A stretch of 64,000 nt of DNA, from assembly GCA_963779755.1 (NCBI GenBank), contig CAVZZO010000003.1, positions 1,248,001 through 1,312,000 on the forward strand, read 5' to 3'. The translations under genes were made by a program, and so were the position numbers. Positions within the stretch are counted from its first letter, which is position 1; each line of letters starts with the position of its first letter. Below the pieces are notes generated by a model. That model was not told where the DNA came from. It saw only the letters and a program-made list of their open reading frames with translations, and did no database searches. Of the stretch, positions 40,157 to 52,236 are shown one piece after another. The DNA comes from an uncultured Gemmatimonadales bacterium. Its GTDB lineage: Bacteria > Gemmatimonadota > Gemmatimonadetes > Gemmatimonadales > GWC2-71-9.

Positions 40157-40307
40157 ACGCCGAGAACCAGGACACTGACCGTGCGTCCCGTGCGATCCTG
40201 CCCTGTGACACGCGCCACCTCGAACCCCGCGCTCATGCCCTATCCTGTCCGACGCGGTCGCGCCGGTCGCGTCGTTCATTCAGGATGACGGAAGGAGTGT
40301 ACCACAT

Positions 40308-40865
40308 ATGGCTGACCTGAAAGATTTCCGCGTCGCTATTCTGGCGACGGATGGCTTCGAGGAATCCGAGCTGACCGAGCCGATGCAGGCGTTGCGGAAT
40401 GCCGGCGCCCGGGTGGATGTCGTCGCGCCGAAGCAGGGCCGGATCCAGGCCTTCCGGCACCACGACAAGAGCATCACGGTGCCGGTGGACCGCACCCTGG
40501 AGGAGGCACACGCCGACGAATACGACGCCATCATGCTGCCCGGCGGCGCGCTCAATGCCGATGCCCTGCGGGTAAACCAGAGGGCGCTGGCATTCATCCG
40601 GGAGACCGACAGCGTCGGCAAGCCGGTGGCGGCGATCTGCCATGCGCCCTGGGAACTGGTATCAGCCGGGCTCGCCGGCAACCGGACCCTGACCAGCTAC
40701 TTCACCATCCAGGACGACCTGCGCAATGCCGGGGCCAACTGGAAGGACCAGGAAGTGGTCAACGACCGGAACTGGGTCACCAGCCGCCAGCCGGACGACC
40801 TGCCCGCCTTCAACCGGGAGATGATCCGGGTGTTCGGCGAGAGCCGCAAGGAAGCCCATAAGTAA
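40308..40865 (+). CDS. PfpI/DJ-1 family type 1 glutamine amidotransferase-like protein
   Basis: DGFEESEL, LPGG, AICHAPW, TSRQPDDLPAF. Confidence 0.93.
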   Translation: MADLKDFRVAILATDGFEESELTEPMQALRNAGARVDVVAPKQGRIQAFRHHDKSITVPVDRTLEEAHADEYDAIMLPGGALNADALRVNQRALAFIRETDSVGKPVAAICHAPWELVSAGLAGNRTLTSYFTIQDDLRNAGANWKDQEVVNDRNWVTSRQPDDLPAFNREMIRVFGESRKEAHK

Positions 40866-40885
40866 CAGGAAGGGGCCAGGCATAA

Positions 40886-40924
40886 GGGACAGGGGACGGG
40901 AAGTACGTCCCCGTCCCCTGTCCC
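40886..40924. terminator. 15-bp perfect hairpin built from GGGACNG units
   Basis: gggacaggggacggg / cccgtcccctgtccc between convergent genes. Confidence 0.7.
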
Positions 40925-40942
40925 CCTCGGATGTGGCTTCCG

Positions 40943-41239
40943 CTATTCCTTTTGGCGGATAGCCTGCACCAGCTCGTCCTTGTTCATCTTGCTGCGGCCG
41001 TGGATGTTCAGCTCCGCGGCCCGATTCTGCAGTTCATCCACGCTGCGGTCCTCCAGCGAATGGCTGGGGTTGCCGGTTCCTTCGGAGCTCTTGTTGGGCG
41101 TGCGGCCTTCCTCCCGGCGGTGCTTGTTTACCGTCCGCGCCGCGATTTCCTCGGCACGACCCTCCTTCACGCCCCGGTCCTCCGAGCTGTCCTTGATGTG
41201 CTCGTACATCCGCTCATCCTTCTTGCTCCATGATGGCAT
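40943..41239 (-). CDS. Small stress-type protein with Rho-N-like C-terminal motif
   Basis: KDERMYEHIK..AARTVNK..ELNIHGRSKMNKDEL; GGAGG RBS. Confidence 0.8.
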   Translation of the reverse strand: MPSWSKKDERMYEHIKDSSEDRGVKEGRAEEIAARTVNKHRREEGRTPNKSSEGTGNPSHSLEDRSVDELQNRAAELNIHGRSKMNKDELVQAIRQKE

Positions 41240-41254
41240 AGGTACCTCCGCAAA

Positions 41255-41460
41255 TCACGTGGTTTCGGTATCGTGGTCTTCCCCCTGCGCCTCATCCCGG
41301 TCCCGGCCCATTTTCGCCGCAAGGTCCTCGCGGCCTGGCGGCGCCGCGGCCTCCGACTGCGCCAATCGGCGTTTCTGCCGCCGGGTCAGGGTTTCGTCGC
41401 CCGGCTGCGCGAGCCGCACACCTTGTAGAAATCCTGGTTGTAGTTGCGTCGTTGACTCAT
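41255..41460 (-). pseudogene. Small hydrophilic ORF with an apparent 1-bp deletion
   Basis: AAGGAG RBS and MSQRRNYNQDFYKV; continues in another frame as AQPGDETLTRRQKRRL..HDTETT*; span 206 bp. Confidence 0.45.
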
Positions 41461-41597
41461 GGCATCTCCTTCAACCTCTGAGTGCCTAACCTAGCTACCG
41501 CTCAGGGCTTAGCGGTGTGATGCCCGGCACACGGCGGCGTTGACAGCGCCAGCGCCCGGCGACAGCTTAGCCCAACTCCTCACTCAGGCGGCACGCC

Positions 41598-42470
41598 ATG
41601 CGCGAGACCGGCACGGTGGTCATCACCGGAGCCTCGAAGGGCATCGGCCGCTCGGCGGCGCTGCGGCTCGATGAACAGGGCTGGCGGGTGTTCGCGGGCG
41701 TCCGGCGGGATGACGACGGCGATGCGCTCCGCGCCGAGGCCTCGGCCCGCCTGACGCCGCTGCTGCTGGATGTGGCCAGCCGGTCGTCGCTGCAGGCGGC
41801 GGTAGCACTCGTGGAACAGGCGGTGGGTCAGGAGGGACTGCAGGGCCTGGTCAACAATGCCGGGATCGTCGTTCCGGGCCCGCTCGAGTTCCTGCCGGTG
41901 GACGATCTCCGGCTGCAGCTGGAGGTGAACGTGATCGGGCTCGCCGCCACGACCCAGGCCTTCCTGCCGGCGCTGCGGCGCGGCAAGGGCCGCATCGTGA
42001 ATGTGGGCTCGATCAACGGCCGGTTGGCGGTACCGTTCACCGGCGCCTATTGCGCCTCCAAGCATGCGCTCGAAGCCTACAGCGACAGCCTCCGCATGGA
42101 GCTGCGGCCCTGGGCCATCGACGTCTCCCTGATTCAGCCCGGCGCCGTGGCCACGCCTATCTGGGACACCTCGCGGGCGCGCGTACGCGAGATCGCCCGG
42201 CAGATGCCGGAAGCCGCCACGCGACTCTACGGACGCATCATCGAGCGAGCACTCCGGGATCAGGGCCCCCCGGCCCACGCCGTGCCTCCTGAAGCCGTGG
42301 CCCGGGTCATCGAACGGGCGCTGCTGAGCCCCCGCCCCCGGGCGCGCTATCCGCTGGGACGGGACACCCGGCTGGGGCTCCTGCTGGCGCGGTTGCCCGA
42401 CCGGCTCCGCGACTTCATCCTGGTCCGCCGTCGCCGCGGCTGGCGCCACCCGGAGCCCCCCGGGGCGTGA
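41598..42470 (+). CDS. SDR family oxidoreductase
   Basis: TGASKGIG, NNAG, YCASK. Confidence 0.93.
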   Translation: MRETGTVVITGASKGIGRSAALRLDEQGWRVFAGVRRDDDGDALRAEASARLTPLLLDVASRSSLQAAVALVEQAVGQEGLQGLVNNAGIVVPGPLEFLPVDDLRLQLEVNVIGLAATTQAFLPALRRGKGRIVNVGSINGRLAVPFTGAYCASKHALEAYSDSLRMELRPWAIDVSLIQPGAVATPIWDTSRARVREIARQMPEAATRLYGRIIERALRDQGPPAHAVPPEAVARVIERALLSPRPRARYPLGRDTRLGLLLARLPDRLRDFILVRRRRGWRHPEPPGA

Positions 42471-42495
42471 CCATCGCCAGACCTGCTGCAACTTG

Positions 42496-42527
42496 CGGGG
42501 TGGCCGGGCGGTCGCCCCGTTTTTCTT
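42496..42527 (+). terminator. Rho-independent terminator
   Basis: cggggtggcc-gggc-ggtcgccccg stem followed by tttttctt. Confidence 0.75.
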
Positions 42528-42645
42528 GTCCGTAAGCTGCGCTCCTGCAATGCGTTATCCATGGCCCGCCAGTTGCTCAGAAACGGGGTAGAACAACCGC
42601 CGCCAAGCGGTGGCCTTCTGCCTCACGGCCGTGGATGGAGCCGCC

Positions 42646-44580
<1,935 letters not shown>

Positions 44581-44603
44581 CCCGTCAGTCGAACGGACGC
44601 ACC

Positions 44604-44635
44604 CGAGGGCGGCCTTGCGGCCGCCCTCGTCTTTT
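44604..44635 (+). terminator. Rho-independent terminator
   Basis: 11-bp stem cgagggcggcc/ggccgccctcg followed by tctttt. Confidence 0.75.
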
Positions 44636-44735
44636 GTGGCGTCGGCGAAGCGCGTGACAGGCCTCACGGCACCGGCGCGATCGGAACGGTTATCGAGAAG
44701 GGAGCTTCGAGTACACTTTAGAGGAGGTTACGCCC

Positions 44736-44933
44736 ATGAACTGGGATAAGATCGAAGGCAACTGGAAGCAGGTCAAAGGTAAAGCTCGCGAGCGCTGGGG
44801 CAAGCTCACCGACGACGACCTCGACGTCGTGGGCGGCAAGAAGGATCAGCTGGTGGGACGCCTCCAGGAGCGGTACGGCATCGCCAAGGACGAGGCTGAG
44901 CGGCAGGTCGACGAGTTCCAGCGCGAGGTGTAG
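44736..44933 (+). CDS. csbD: CsbD family stress protein
   Basis: MNWDKIEGNWKQVKGKARERWGKLTDDDL..LQERYG. Confidence 0.92.
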   Translation: MNWDKIEGNWKQVKGKARERWGKLTDDDLDVVGGKKDQLVGRLQERYGIAKDEAERQVDEFQREV

Positions 44934-45014
44934 TTCCCGGCAGTCTGCTCCCCCTGGATTCCAGACCTGGGTCCGCCGGCCGACCGGCAGGACCCGCAAC
45001 ACTCGGAGGTGCGT

Positions 45015-45188
45015 ATGCTGGGCTGGGCTTTCTTCTTTCTGATCATTGCGCTGGTCGCGGCGCTGTTCGGCTTCGGCGGGATCGCCGTGGCCGCCGCGGG
45101 AATCGCAAAGGTGCTGTTCTGGATATTCCTGGTGATCTTCGTGCTGATGCTGATCTTCGGCTTGAGCTCGAGGCGAAAGATCACCTAG
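45015..45188 (+). CDS. DUF1328 (UPF0391) small membrane protein, not in the ORF track
   Basis: [65 protein letters not shown]. Confidence 0.9.
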   Translation: MLGWAFFFLIIALVAALFGFGGIAVAAAGIAKVLFWIFLVIFVLMLIFGLSSRRKIT

Positions 45189-45196
45189 ACGGGCCC

Positions 45197-45288
45197 GGAA
45201 CACCCCCCTCGGCCCCCTCGACCGTCTCAACCCTCCCGACTGCGCAGCTATGTCGAGGGAGTCGGGACGGCTGAGGGGGCCGAGTTCC
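45197..45288. repeat. Long imperfect palindrome between convergent genes
   Basis: ctcggccccctc (45208-45219) / gagggggccgag (45273-45284), with further inner pairing. Confidence 0.6.
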
Positions 45289-45295
45289 AGCGCGC

Positions 45296-46750
45296 CTACA
45301 GATACGGCGCCGCCAACCGCGCCAGGCCGTCTCGGAGACGGATCAGCAGGCTTCGCGCATCCAGCTCCGCCAGGCTGACGCGACGGCCCTTGCGGATGCG
45401 CTGCTCCACCAGCTGCTCCAGGCCGGCCGCGAAGGCCGGGTCGTGGCATTCGATGTCGAACTCGAAGTTGAGCCGCAGGCTCCGCGCATCCCAGTTACTG
45501 GACCCGATCATGCACCAGGCGCCGTCAACCACCATCAGCTTGGTATGGTCGAACGGCGGCTGACTGTAGAAGATCCGGCAGCCGTGTTCCAGCACCTGCC
45601 ACAGCTGGGCGGTGGAGGCCCACTGCACCAGGGCCAGATTGTTCTTCTCGGGCAGAACGATATCGATCCGGACGCCGCGCATGGCGGCAATACCCAGGGC
45701 CGAGACCAGCGCCGCATCCGGCAGAAAATAGGGCGTGACGATGCGCACCGAGTCGCGCGCGCAGGCGAGGGCGCCGAGCAGGGTGTGCCGCGCCTTGTCG
45801 AAATCTTCGTCCGGGCCGTCGGTAATCCCCCGCGCCAGCACCGGACCGCGAGGCTCCAGCGCGGGATACCACTCCGGTCCCGCCAGCACTTCTCGCCGGG
45901 CGAACAACCAGTCCTCGGCAAATGCCTGCATCAGGTGCGCCACGACCGGCCCGTCGATCCGGAAGTGCAGGTCCTGGATGGGATGGGGCGGCCGGCTCTC
46001 CAGCAGGCAGCCCTCCCGGATGTTCATCCCCCCGGCAAAGCCGATCCTGCCATCCACCACCAGCAGTTTCCGATGGTTGCGCAGGTTCATGTACGGCATG
46101 CGCCAGGGCAGCAGTGTCGGGCCGAAGCGCGCCACCGGAATCCCCCGCCGGTGCAGCGTGCGCACCATCGAGGGAAAGGAGTATCGCGCCCCGACCGCAT
46201 CCACCAGCACCCGGACCGTCACACCCCGCTCGACCGCGGCGGAAAGCGCCTGTTCGAAGAGCCGGCCGGCCCGGTCATGGCCAATGATGTAGGTGCTGAG
46301 CGCCACGGTGCGTTGCGCAGCCGCGATGGCCTCCACCATGGCCGGATACGCGGCATCGCCGTTCACCAGGGGCTGGATCCGGTTTCCGCGCAGCAAGGGG
46401 CGCCCGGAGGCACGCTCCACCAGCCGGGCCAGCGCACGCAGGTGCTCCGGCTGGTCCGGCAGCACGGCCGCACCCTCCGGCGGCGCGGGCAGACGGAACT
46501 CCCCGGTTGCCCCCATCCGGAGCCGCCGCCCACCGGCCGCCCGCCGGCGTACCCGGTTGATTCCGAAGATCAGGTACAGAAACGCGCCCAGCACCGGTGC
46601 CAGGATGATCAGGCCGGCCCAGGCCACCGCGGCCCGGCTGTCGCGCTTGTAGAGCACCACATGGCCGACGGCGAGCCCCGCCAGCACCAGGCTGAGCGAG
46701 GCGGCAACATAGGGCCAGATATCGGCCAGCAGGATCAGGAGGGTGTCCAC
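45296..46750 (-). CDS. cls: Cardiolipin synthase
   Basis: Two HKD motifs (HRKLLVVDG, HTKLMVVDG); N-terminal TMs. Confidence 0.92.
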   Translation of the reverse strand: MDTLLILLADIWPYVAASLSLVLAGLAVGHVVLYKRDSRAAVAWAGLIILAPVLGAFLYLIFGINRVRRRAAGGRRLRMGATGEFRLPAPPEGAAVLPDQPEHLRALARLVERASGRPLLRGNRIQPLVNGDAAYPAMVEAIAAAQRTVALSTYIIGHDRAGRLFEQALSAAVERGVTVRVLVDAVGARYSFPSMVRTLHRRGIPVARFGPTLLPWRMPYMNLRNHRKLLVVDGRIGFAGGMNIREGCLLESRPPHPIQDLHFRIDGPVVAHLMQAFAEDWLFARREVLAGPEWYPALEPRGPVLARGITDGPDEDFDKARHTLLGALACARDSVRIVTPYFLPDAALVSALGIAAMRGVRIDIVLPEKNNLALVQWASTAQLWQVLEHGCRIFYSQPPFDHTKLMVVDGAWCMIGSSNWDARSLRLNFEFDIECHDPAFAAGLEQLVEQRIRKGRRVSLAELDARSLLIRLRDGLARLAAPYL

Positions 46751-46789
46751 TGAGCGTCAAAGATAGCGCCGACACCGGGGGAGGGACGC

Positions 46790-47775
46790 TCAGAGCCGGA
46801 GGGTTTCACCATGACGCAGCACCCGCAACCGGCCTGGGTCATGGCCCAGCGCCTGCCATGCCTGCCGCACCCGGCGGGGGGGCTCGTCCATCGGCTCGTC
46901 GGTCAGGCGGAAGGTGCCCCAGTGGATCGGCAGCATCACTGGTATCTCTCCACTCCCGGCGGCCAGCGCGGTACAGGCCTGCACCGCCTCGTCCGGGTCC
47001 ATGTGCACCGGCCGCATGAACCAGCGGGGCTCATAGGCTCCGATCGGCAGCAGCGCCAGGTCGAAGGGGCCCGCGCGCGCCGCGACCCGCGGAAATTCCG
47101 GATACCAGCCGCTGTCGCCCGCAAAGAAGACCCGGTAGCCCGCGACGGCGAGCGCCCAGCCCGACCACAACGAGCGGTTGCGGTCGAACGGCGTCCGGGC
47201 GCTGAAGTGGGCCGCCGGCGTGCAGGTCAGCTGCGCTCCCGCCACTGAGCGGCTCTCCCACCAGTCGCATTCTTCCACCAGCGTCACCCCCAGCTTCCGC
47301 AGCAGGGCGCCCAGCCCCAGCGGTACCATCCAGGTGGCCGCGGGCCAGCGCCGCACCAGCCCGCGCACGCTGGGCGCGTCGAGATGGTCGTAATGGTTGT
47401 GCGACAGAAGCACCAGATCGAGCGGGGGGACTTCGCCCATCCGGATGCCCGGCGGTACCCAGCGCCGGGGCCCCAGGAACGATACCGGTGAGGCCCGGTC
47501 GCTGAAGATCGGATCGGTCAGGATGTTGAGGCCACCGACCTGGAGTAGCACGGTCGAATGCCCCACCCAGGTGGCCAGCAACTCGCCTGCCGGCGCCCGG
47601 GGCGAGGCCACCGCCGGCGCCACCCGCTCGAATACGGAAGGGTCGGGCTGCGTGGGCTGCGGCCGGGTGAGCCGTTGCCAGGTCCAGCGCACCATGCCGC
47701 CGCCCCGCTGCTCGCTCCGGAACCAGGGATTGCGGAAGGTCCCGTCCGCCGTTCGATGATTGCCTCCCGCTTCGC

Positions 47776-47779
<4 letters not shown>
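46790..47779 (-). CDS. MBL-fold metallohydrolase (NAPE-PLD/RomA-like)
   Basis: [42 protein letters not shown] overlap start. Confidence 0.9.
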
Positions 47780-48768
<989 letters not shown>

Positions 48769-48831
48769 ATGTGGAACTCCTTTCCATTCTCGACCCCTCT
48801 TCGACCGGCCGAGTGGCGGAGGGGTCAAGGA

Positions 48832-50082
48832 TCAAGTCATGACAATTTCCAGTCTCCCGTGCGCGGCACGAAGCGCGTCCTCCACCTCATCCGCGGTGTC
48901 GCCCCGCGCAAAGATGAAGCCGAGGTACTTCGATTCCTCGGGCAGAGTGGCGAAGCGCTGGCCCGGGTGCGCGGTCATGGTCACGCCCCTGATGCGCGGT
49001 ACCTCCAGCGCGGCCGCCACCCCGCGCGCCTCCCGGAACACCCCGGGGCGGGGGATGGGGATCATCATCACGCCGGAGGCCACGGCTTCGCGCTCCGGAA
49101 CCCGGGGCAAGCGGCCCAGCGCGGCGGCGAGCACCACCTCTTCCAGCGACTGCTCGCCCCCCGGCCCGAAGCGGAGGCTCTCGCCGCAGCGTCCGCCGAT
49201 CGGCCGGGCCGCGAGCTCGATCAGCCAGGGCCCGGCACGGTGCCAGCGCAGCTCGGCATGGACCGGCCCGTCCCGCAGGCCCAGTACCGCCGCGGCCCGC
49301 GCCGCGCAGGCGAGGATCGCCTCCTGGACGGCCGGTGGATGCCGCGACGGGGTGACGTAAATGGTCTCTTCGAAGAACGGGCCCGACATGTCGTCCGGCT
49401 TGTCGAAGAGGGCGAGCAGGTGCAGGCGCTCCTCCAGCAGCAGCCCCTCGAGCGCCACTTCGAAGCCGGGCACGTAGCGTTCGATCAGGAGGTCGTGCCG
49501 GAGCCCGTGCCGCCGGCGCAAGTCGGGACTGTCCAGAATGCGCCGGGCGCGCTGCACCGCGGCCGACAGTTCGGCCGGCGTGTCCGCCCGGATAACCCCG
49601 CGGCTGGCCGAGAGTTCCACCGGCTTCACCACACAGGGATATTCGGCAGCGGCGGCGATCGCTTCAACGTCCTCCGTCACACCCAGCAGGGTGAAATCCG
49701 GCACCGGCACGGCCGCTTCGCGCAGGAGACGGCGCTGCAGCAGCTTGTCCCCCGCCGCGCGCATCGCCTCCACCGGGTTGTGCGGCAGGCCCAGCGCCGC
49801 CGCGATCCGCGCCGCCAGCAGCGCCGTTTCGTCGTCCACGCCCACGACCGCCGCGATGGGATATTGCGCGGCGAAGCGGCGAGCCTGGGCTTCCGCCCGG
49901 CCGGGATTCCCGAAGTCGAGGGTCAGCAGATTGGCGGGCTGGGCCTGGAGCAGCGCGCTATCGTGCTCGGAGGCGACGGTGAGCTCGGCGCCCAGGCGGC
50001 GCGCGCCGTCAACAAACGCGGCCGCCCGGTAGGTGGTGGTGGGGAGGACGAGGAGAAGACGCGGAACCGGCACGGACCGCAT
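48832..50082 (-). CDS. ATP-grasp domain protein
   Basis: DK, PCVVKPVELSASRGV, IERYVPG.E, HAELR, IELAARPIGG. Confidence 0.85.
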   Translation of the reverse strand: MRSVPVPRLLLVLPTTTYRAAAFVDGARRLGAELTVASEHDSALLQAQPANLLTLDFGNPGRAEAQARRFAAQYPIAAVVGVDDETALLAARIAAALGLPHNPVEAMRAAGDKLLQRRLLREAAVPVPDFTLLGVTEDVEAIAAAAEYPCVVKPVELSASRGVIRADTPAELSAAVQRARRILDSPDLRRRHGLRHDLLIERYVPGFEVALEGLLLEERLHLLALFDKPDDMSGPFFEETIYVTPSRHPPAVQEAILACAARAAAVLGLRDGPVHAELRWHRAGPWLIELAARPIGGRCGESLRFGPGGEQSLEEVVLAAALGRLPRVPEREAVASGVMMIPIPRPGVFREARGVAAALEVPRIRGVTMTAHPGQRFATLPEESKYLGFIFARGDTADEVEDALRAAHGRLEIVMT

Positions 50083-50093
50083 CCGGGAGGGCG

Positions 50094-50687
50094 CTACTTG
50101 GTGGCGGCGCTGAAGAAGGGGCGCGTCCCCGAGGCGTGGTCGGTGAGATCGGTGAGCCCCCGCAGCGATGGAATCACCCGGCGGAGGGAGGCCTCGATGC
50201 CCTGCCGCAGCGTCACCGAGGCCATGCCGCAGCCCTGGCAACCGCCGCTCAGCCGTACCAGCACGTTACCCTCCTGCACGTCCACCAGCTCGACGGCCCC
50301 GCCGTGGCGCGCGACCGCCGGGTTGATTTCCCGCTCCAGCAGGAGAGAGACCTGTTCGTACATGGCGTCGTCGTCCAGCGTGGCCGGTGCCGGCGGGGGC
50401 GGCGGCGCCTCCTGCCGGGCCAGCGCCATGCCCAGGGCATAGCGCACCCGCGGCTCCAGCACCACCCACGAAGGAGCCCCCTCGCTCTTCCGGATCATCA
50501 AGGCGCCGTCCTCGAGGCTGATCTCGCAGACGCCGGGCACGCTGAACACCGCCTCGGCGAGCGGGAAACCGGCGGCCTCATCAGGATGACTGAAGCGGCG
50601 GGGCGGCCCGGCGAGCGGAGGAGTCACGAAGAAGCGGCAGCGATGCTCGTCCAGCGGCTCGGCGACAATGGTGAGATCCTGCGTCAT
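50094..50687 (-). CDS. NifU/Nfu family Fe-S carrier
   Basis: INPAVARHGG, GGCQGCG, Nfu-N-like N-terminus. Confidence 0.88.
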   Translation of the reverse strand: MTQDLTIVAEPLDEHRCRFFVTPPLAGPPRRFSHPDEAAGFPLAEAVFSVPGVCEISLEDGALMIRKSEGAPSWVVLEPRVRYALGMALARQEAPPPPPAPATLDDDAMYEQVSLLLEREINPAVARHGGAVELVDVQEGNVLVRLSGGCQGCGMASVTLRQGIEASLRRVIPSLRGLTDLTDHASGTRPFFSAATK

Positions 50688-50717
50688 GGCAGGAGTCTAA
50701 CGGCGGGTGACGGCAGA

Positions 50718-51395
50718 TCAAGCATGGATCACCCGTTCCAGCCAGTCGCTCACGGTGTCCAGCACCTCGGTGCGCACCTCCGCGCCGGTGCGGCCGGACC
50801 GCTTGCGCACGCCGAAGCCGTGGTCGGCCTCGTCCACCTGGTGCAGGGTACAGGACGGGCCCAGGTGCCAGCAGACCCGCTGGATCAGCGCCAGGTCGGC
50901 CAGTGCATCGCGGGTGCCCTGTATGAAGAGCATCGGCAGGCCCACCCGGGGCAGGTGCTCCGCCCGGCTGTCGCCCGGTTTGCCGGCCTGGTGCAGCGGA
51001 AAGCCGAGAAACACGAGCCCCCGCACTTCAGGCAGCGGGTCGGTGGCCGCCGCCAGCGAGGTCATCCGTCCGCCCATGGACTTGCCGCCGGCGATCAGCG
51101 GCAGCCCGGGCCAGCCCGTCCGGGCGATTTGTGCGACCGCCCGCACGGTGGCCTGCAGCACCGGGGCGGGGTCGGGCCGGCGGCGCCCCTGCTCGACGTA
51201 GGGGAACTGGTAGCGCAGGGTGGCGATCCGCCGCTCCGCCAGTCCTTCGGCCATGGCGGTCATGAACGGGTGCTCCATACCGGCGCCCGCCCCCGGAGCC
51301 AGGAGGTACAGCGCCCGGCTTCTCTCCGGCAGGAACAGCAGGCCGGAGACCTCATGGGTTTCGCGCACGACAAAGCGGAGACGCTCCTGGTGCAT
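50718..51395 (-). CDS. Alpha/beta hydrolase family protein
   Basis: PGAGAGM, GGKSMGGR, QGTRD, ADHGF. Confidence 0.85.
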   Translation of the reverse strand: MHQERLRFVVRETHEVSGLLFLPERSRALYLLAPGAGAGMEHPFMTAMAEGLAERRIATLRYQFPYVEQGRRRPDPAPVLQATVRAVAQIARTGWPGLPLIAGGKSMGGRMTSLAAATDPLPEVRGLVFLGFPLHQAGKPGDSRAEHLPRVGLPMLFIQGTRDALADLALIQRVCWHLGPSCTLHQVDEADHGFGVRKRSGRTGAEVRTEVLDTVSDWLERVIHA

Positions 51396-51584
51396 CGCTC
51401 CCGGGCAGGATAGCAGGGTGGCGCAACCTGGCGGCCTGCAAGGGCCGGCCTGCGGCATCGGCTGCTGGAAAGTATACCCCTGTGAGATGTGCGAGGAGGT
51501 CGGCCGGCAGGGCGCTGCGCAGAGGCAGGCCGCGCCGAGGTTGTCGTCGAGGTGGAAGCGTTGGGGGGTGCGCCTGAGAGAAGC

Positions 51585-52148
51585 TCAGACCCACCAGCTT
51601 ACATCCGCCACCGGCTTGCGGCGCCGCGGCTCGTTCGCGCCCTCGGGATACCCCAGCGAGACGACGGCCACGATCCGGGTTGCCTCCGGCATCCGCACCA
51701 GCTCCTGCAGGTCCGGTTCCCGCAGGATGCCGCCGGTCCGCAGATAGGTCGCCAGGCCTTCGGACTCGGCGGCCAGCAGCAGGTTCTCCAGCGCCATCAT
51801 GGTGGCGGCGTAATCTTCCTCACGCTGGATTTCGTCTTCGCTCAGCTGGCACATGGCCGTGATGAACACCGGCGTATCTCGCGCCTCCTGGCGGACACGC
51901 TCGATGACCTTGCTCGCCTCCGGCGACGCCGGATCGTCGAAGCGCTTCGCCCGGTGGGCCGCCCGGATATCGGCAAAGCGGTCACGCGACTTGCCGGTCA
52001 GCACGGCAAAGCGCCAGGGCTCGGTCAGCTTGTGGTTGGGAGCGCGCACGGCGCAGCCCAGCAGGCGCTCGACCAGCTCGCGGGGAACAGGCTCGGGCCG
52101 GAAACGGCGAACGGAGGTCCGGTGCTCGATGGCGGAGATGGTATCCAT
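51585..52148 (-). CDS. Nitroreductase family protein
   Basis: RTSVRRF, RAPNHKLTEPWRF, NLLLAA, SLGYP. Confidence 0.9.
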   Translation of the reverse strand: MDTISAIEHRTSVRRFRPEPVPRELVERLLGCAVRAPNHKLTEPWRFAVLTGKSRDRFADIRAAHRAKRFDDPASPEASKVIERVRQEARDTPVFITAMCQLSEDEIQREEDYAATMMALENLLLAAESEGLATYLRTGGILREPDLQELVRMPEATRIVAVVSLGYPEGANEPRRRKPVADVSWWV

Positions 52149-52160
52149 GGGTGGAATGTA

Positions 52161-52219
52161 AGGGACCAGGAACCAGGAATAAGGAATCAGGGTCCCTGGT
52201 CCCTGGTCCCTGGTGCCTG
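52161..52219. repeat. Inverted 7-bp arrays AGGRAYC / CTGGTCC
   Basis: agggacc aggaacc aggaata aggaatc agggtcc ctggtcc ctggtcc ctggtgc in a divergent intergenic gap. Confidence 0.8.
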
Positions 52220-52236
52220 CTTCTATATTTCCCAAG

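Noticed and set aside
40943..41239. Toxin-antitoxin or plasmid stabilisation module
   Set aside because: No RelE/ParE motif and no antitoxin partner; the context is a stress cluster.
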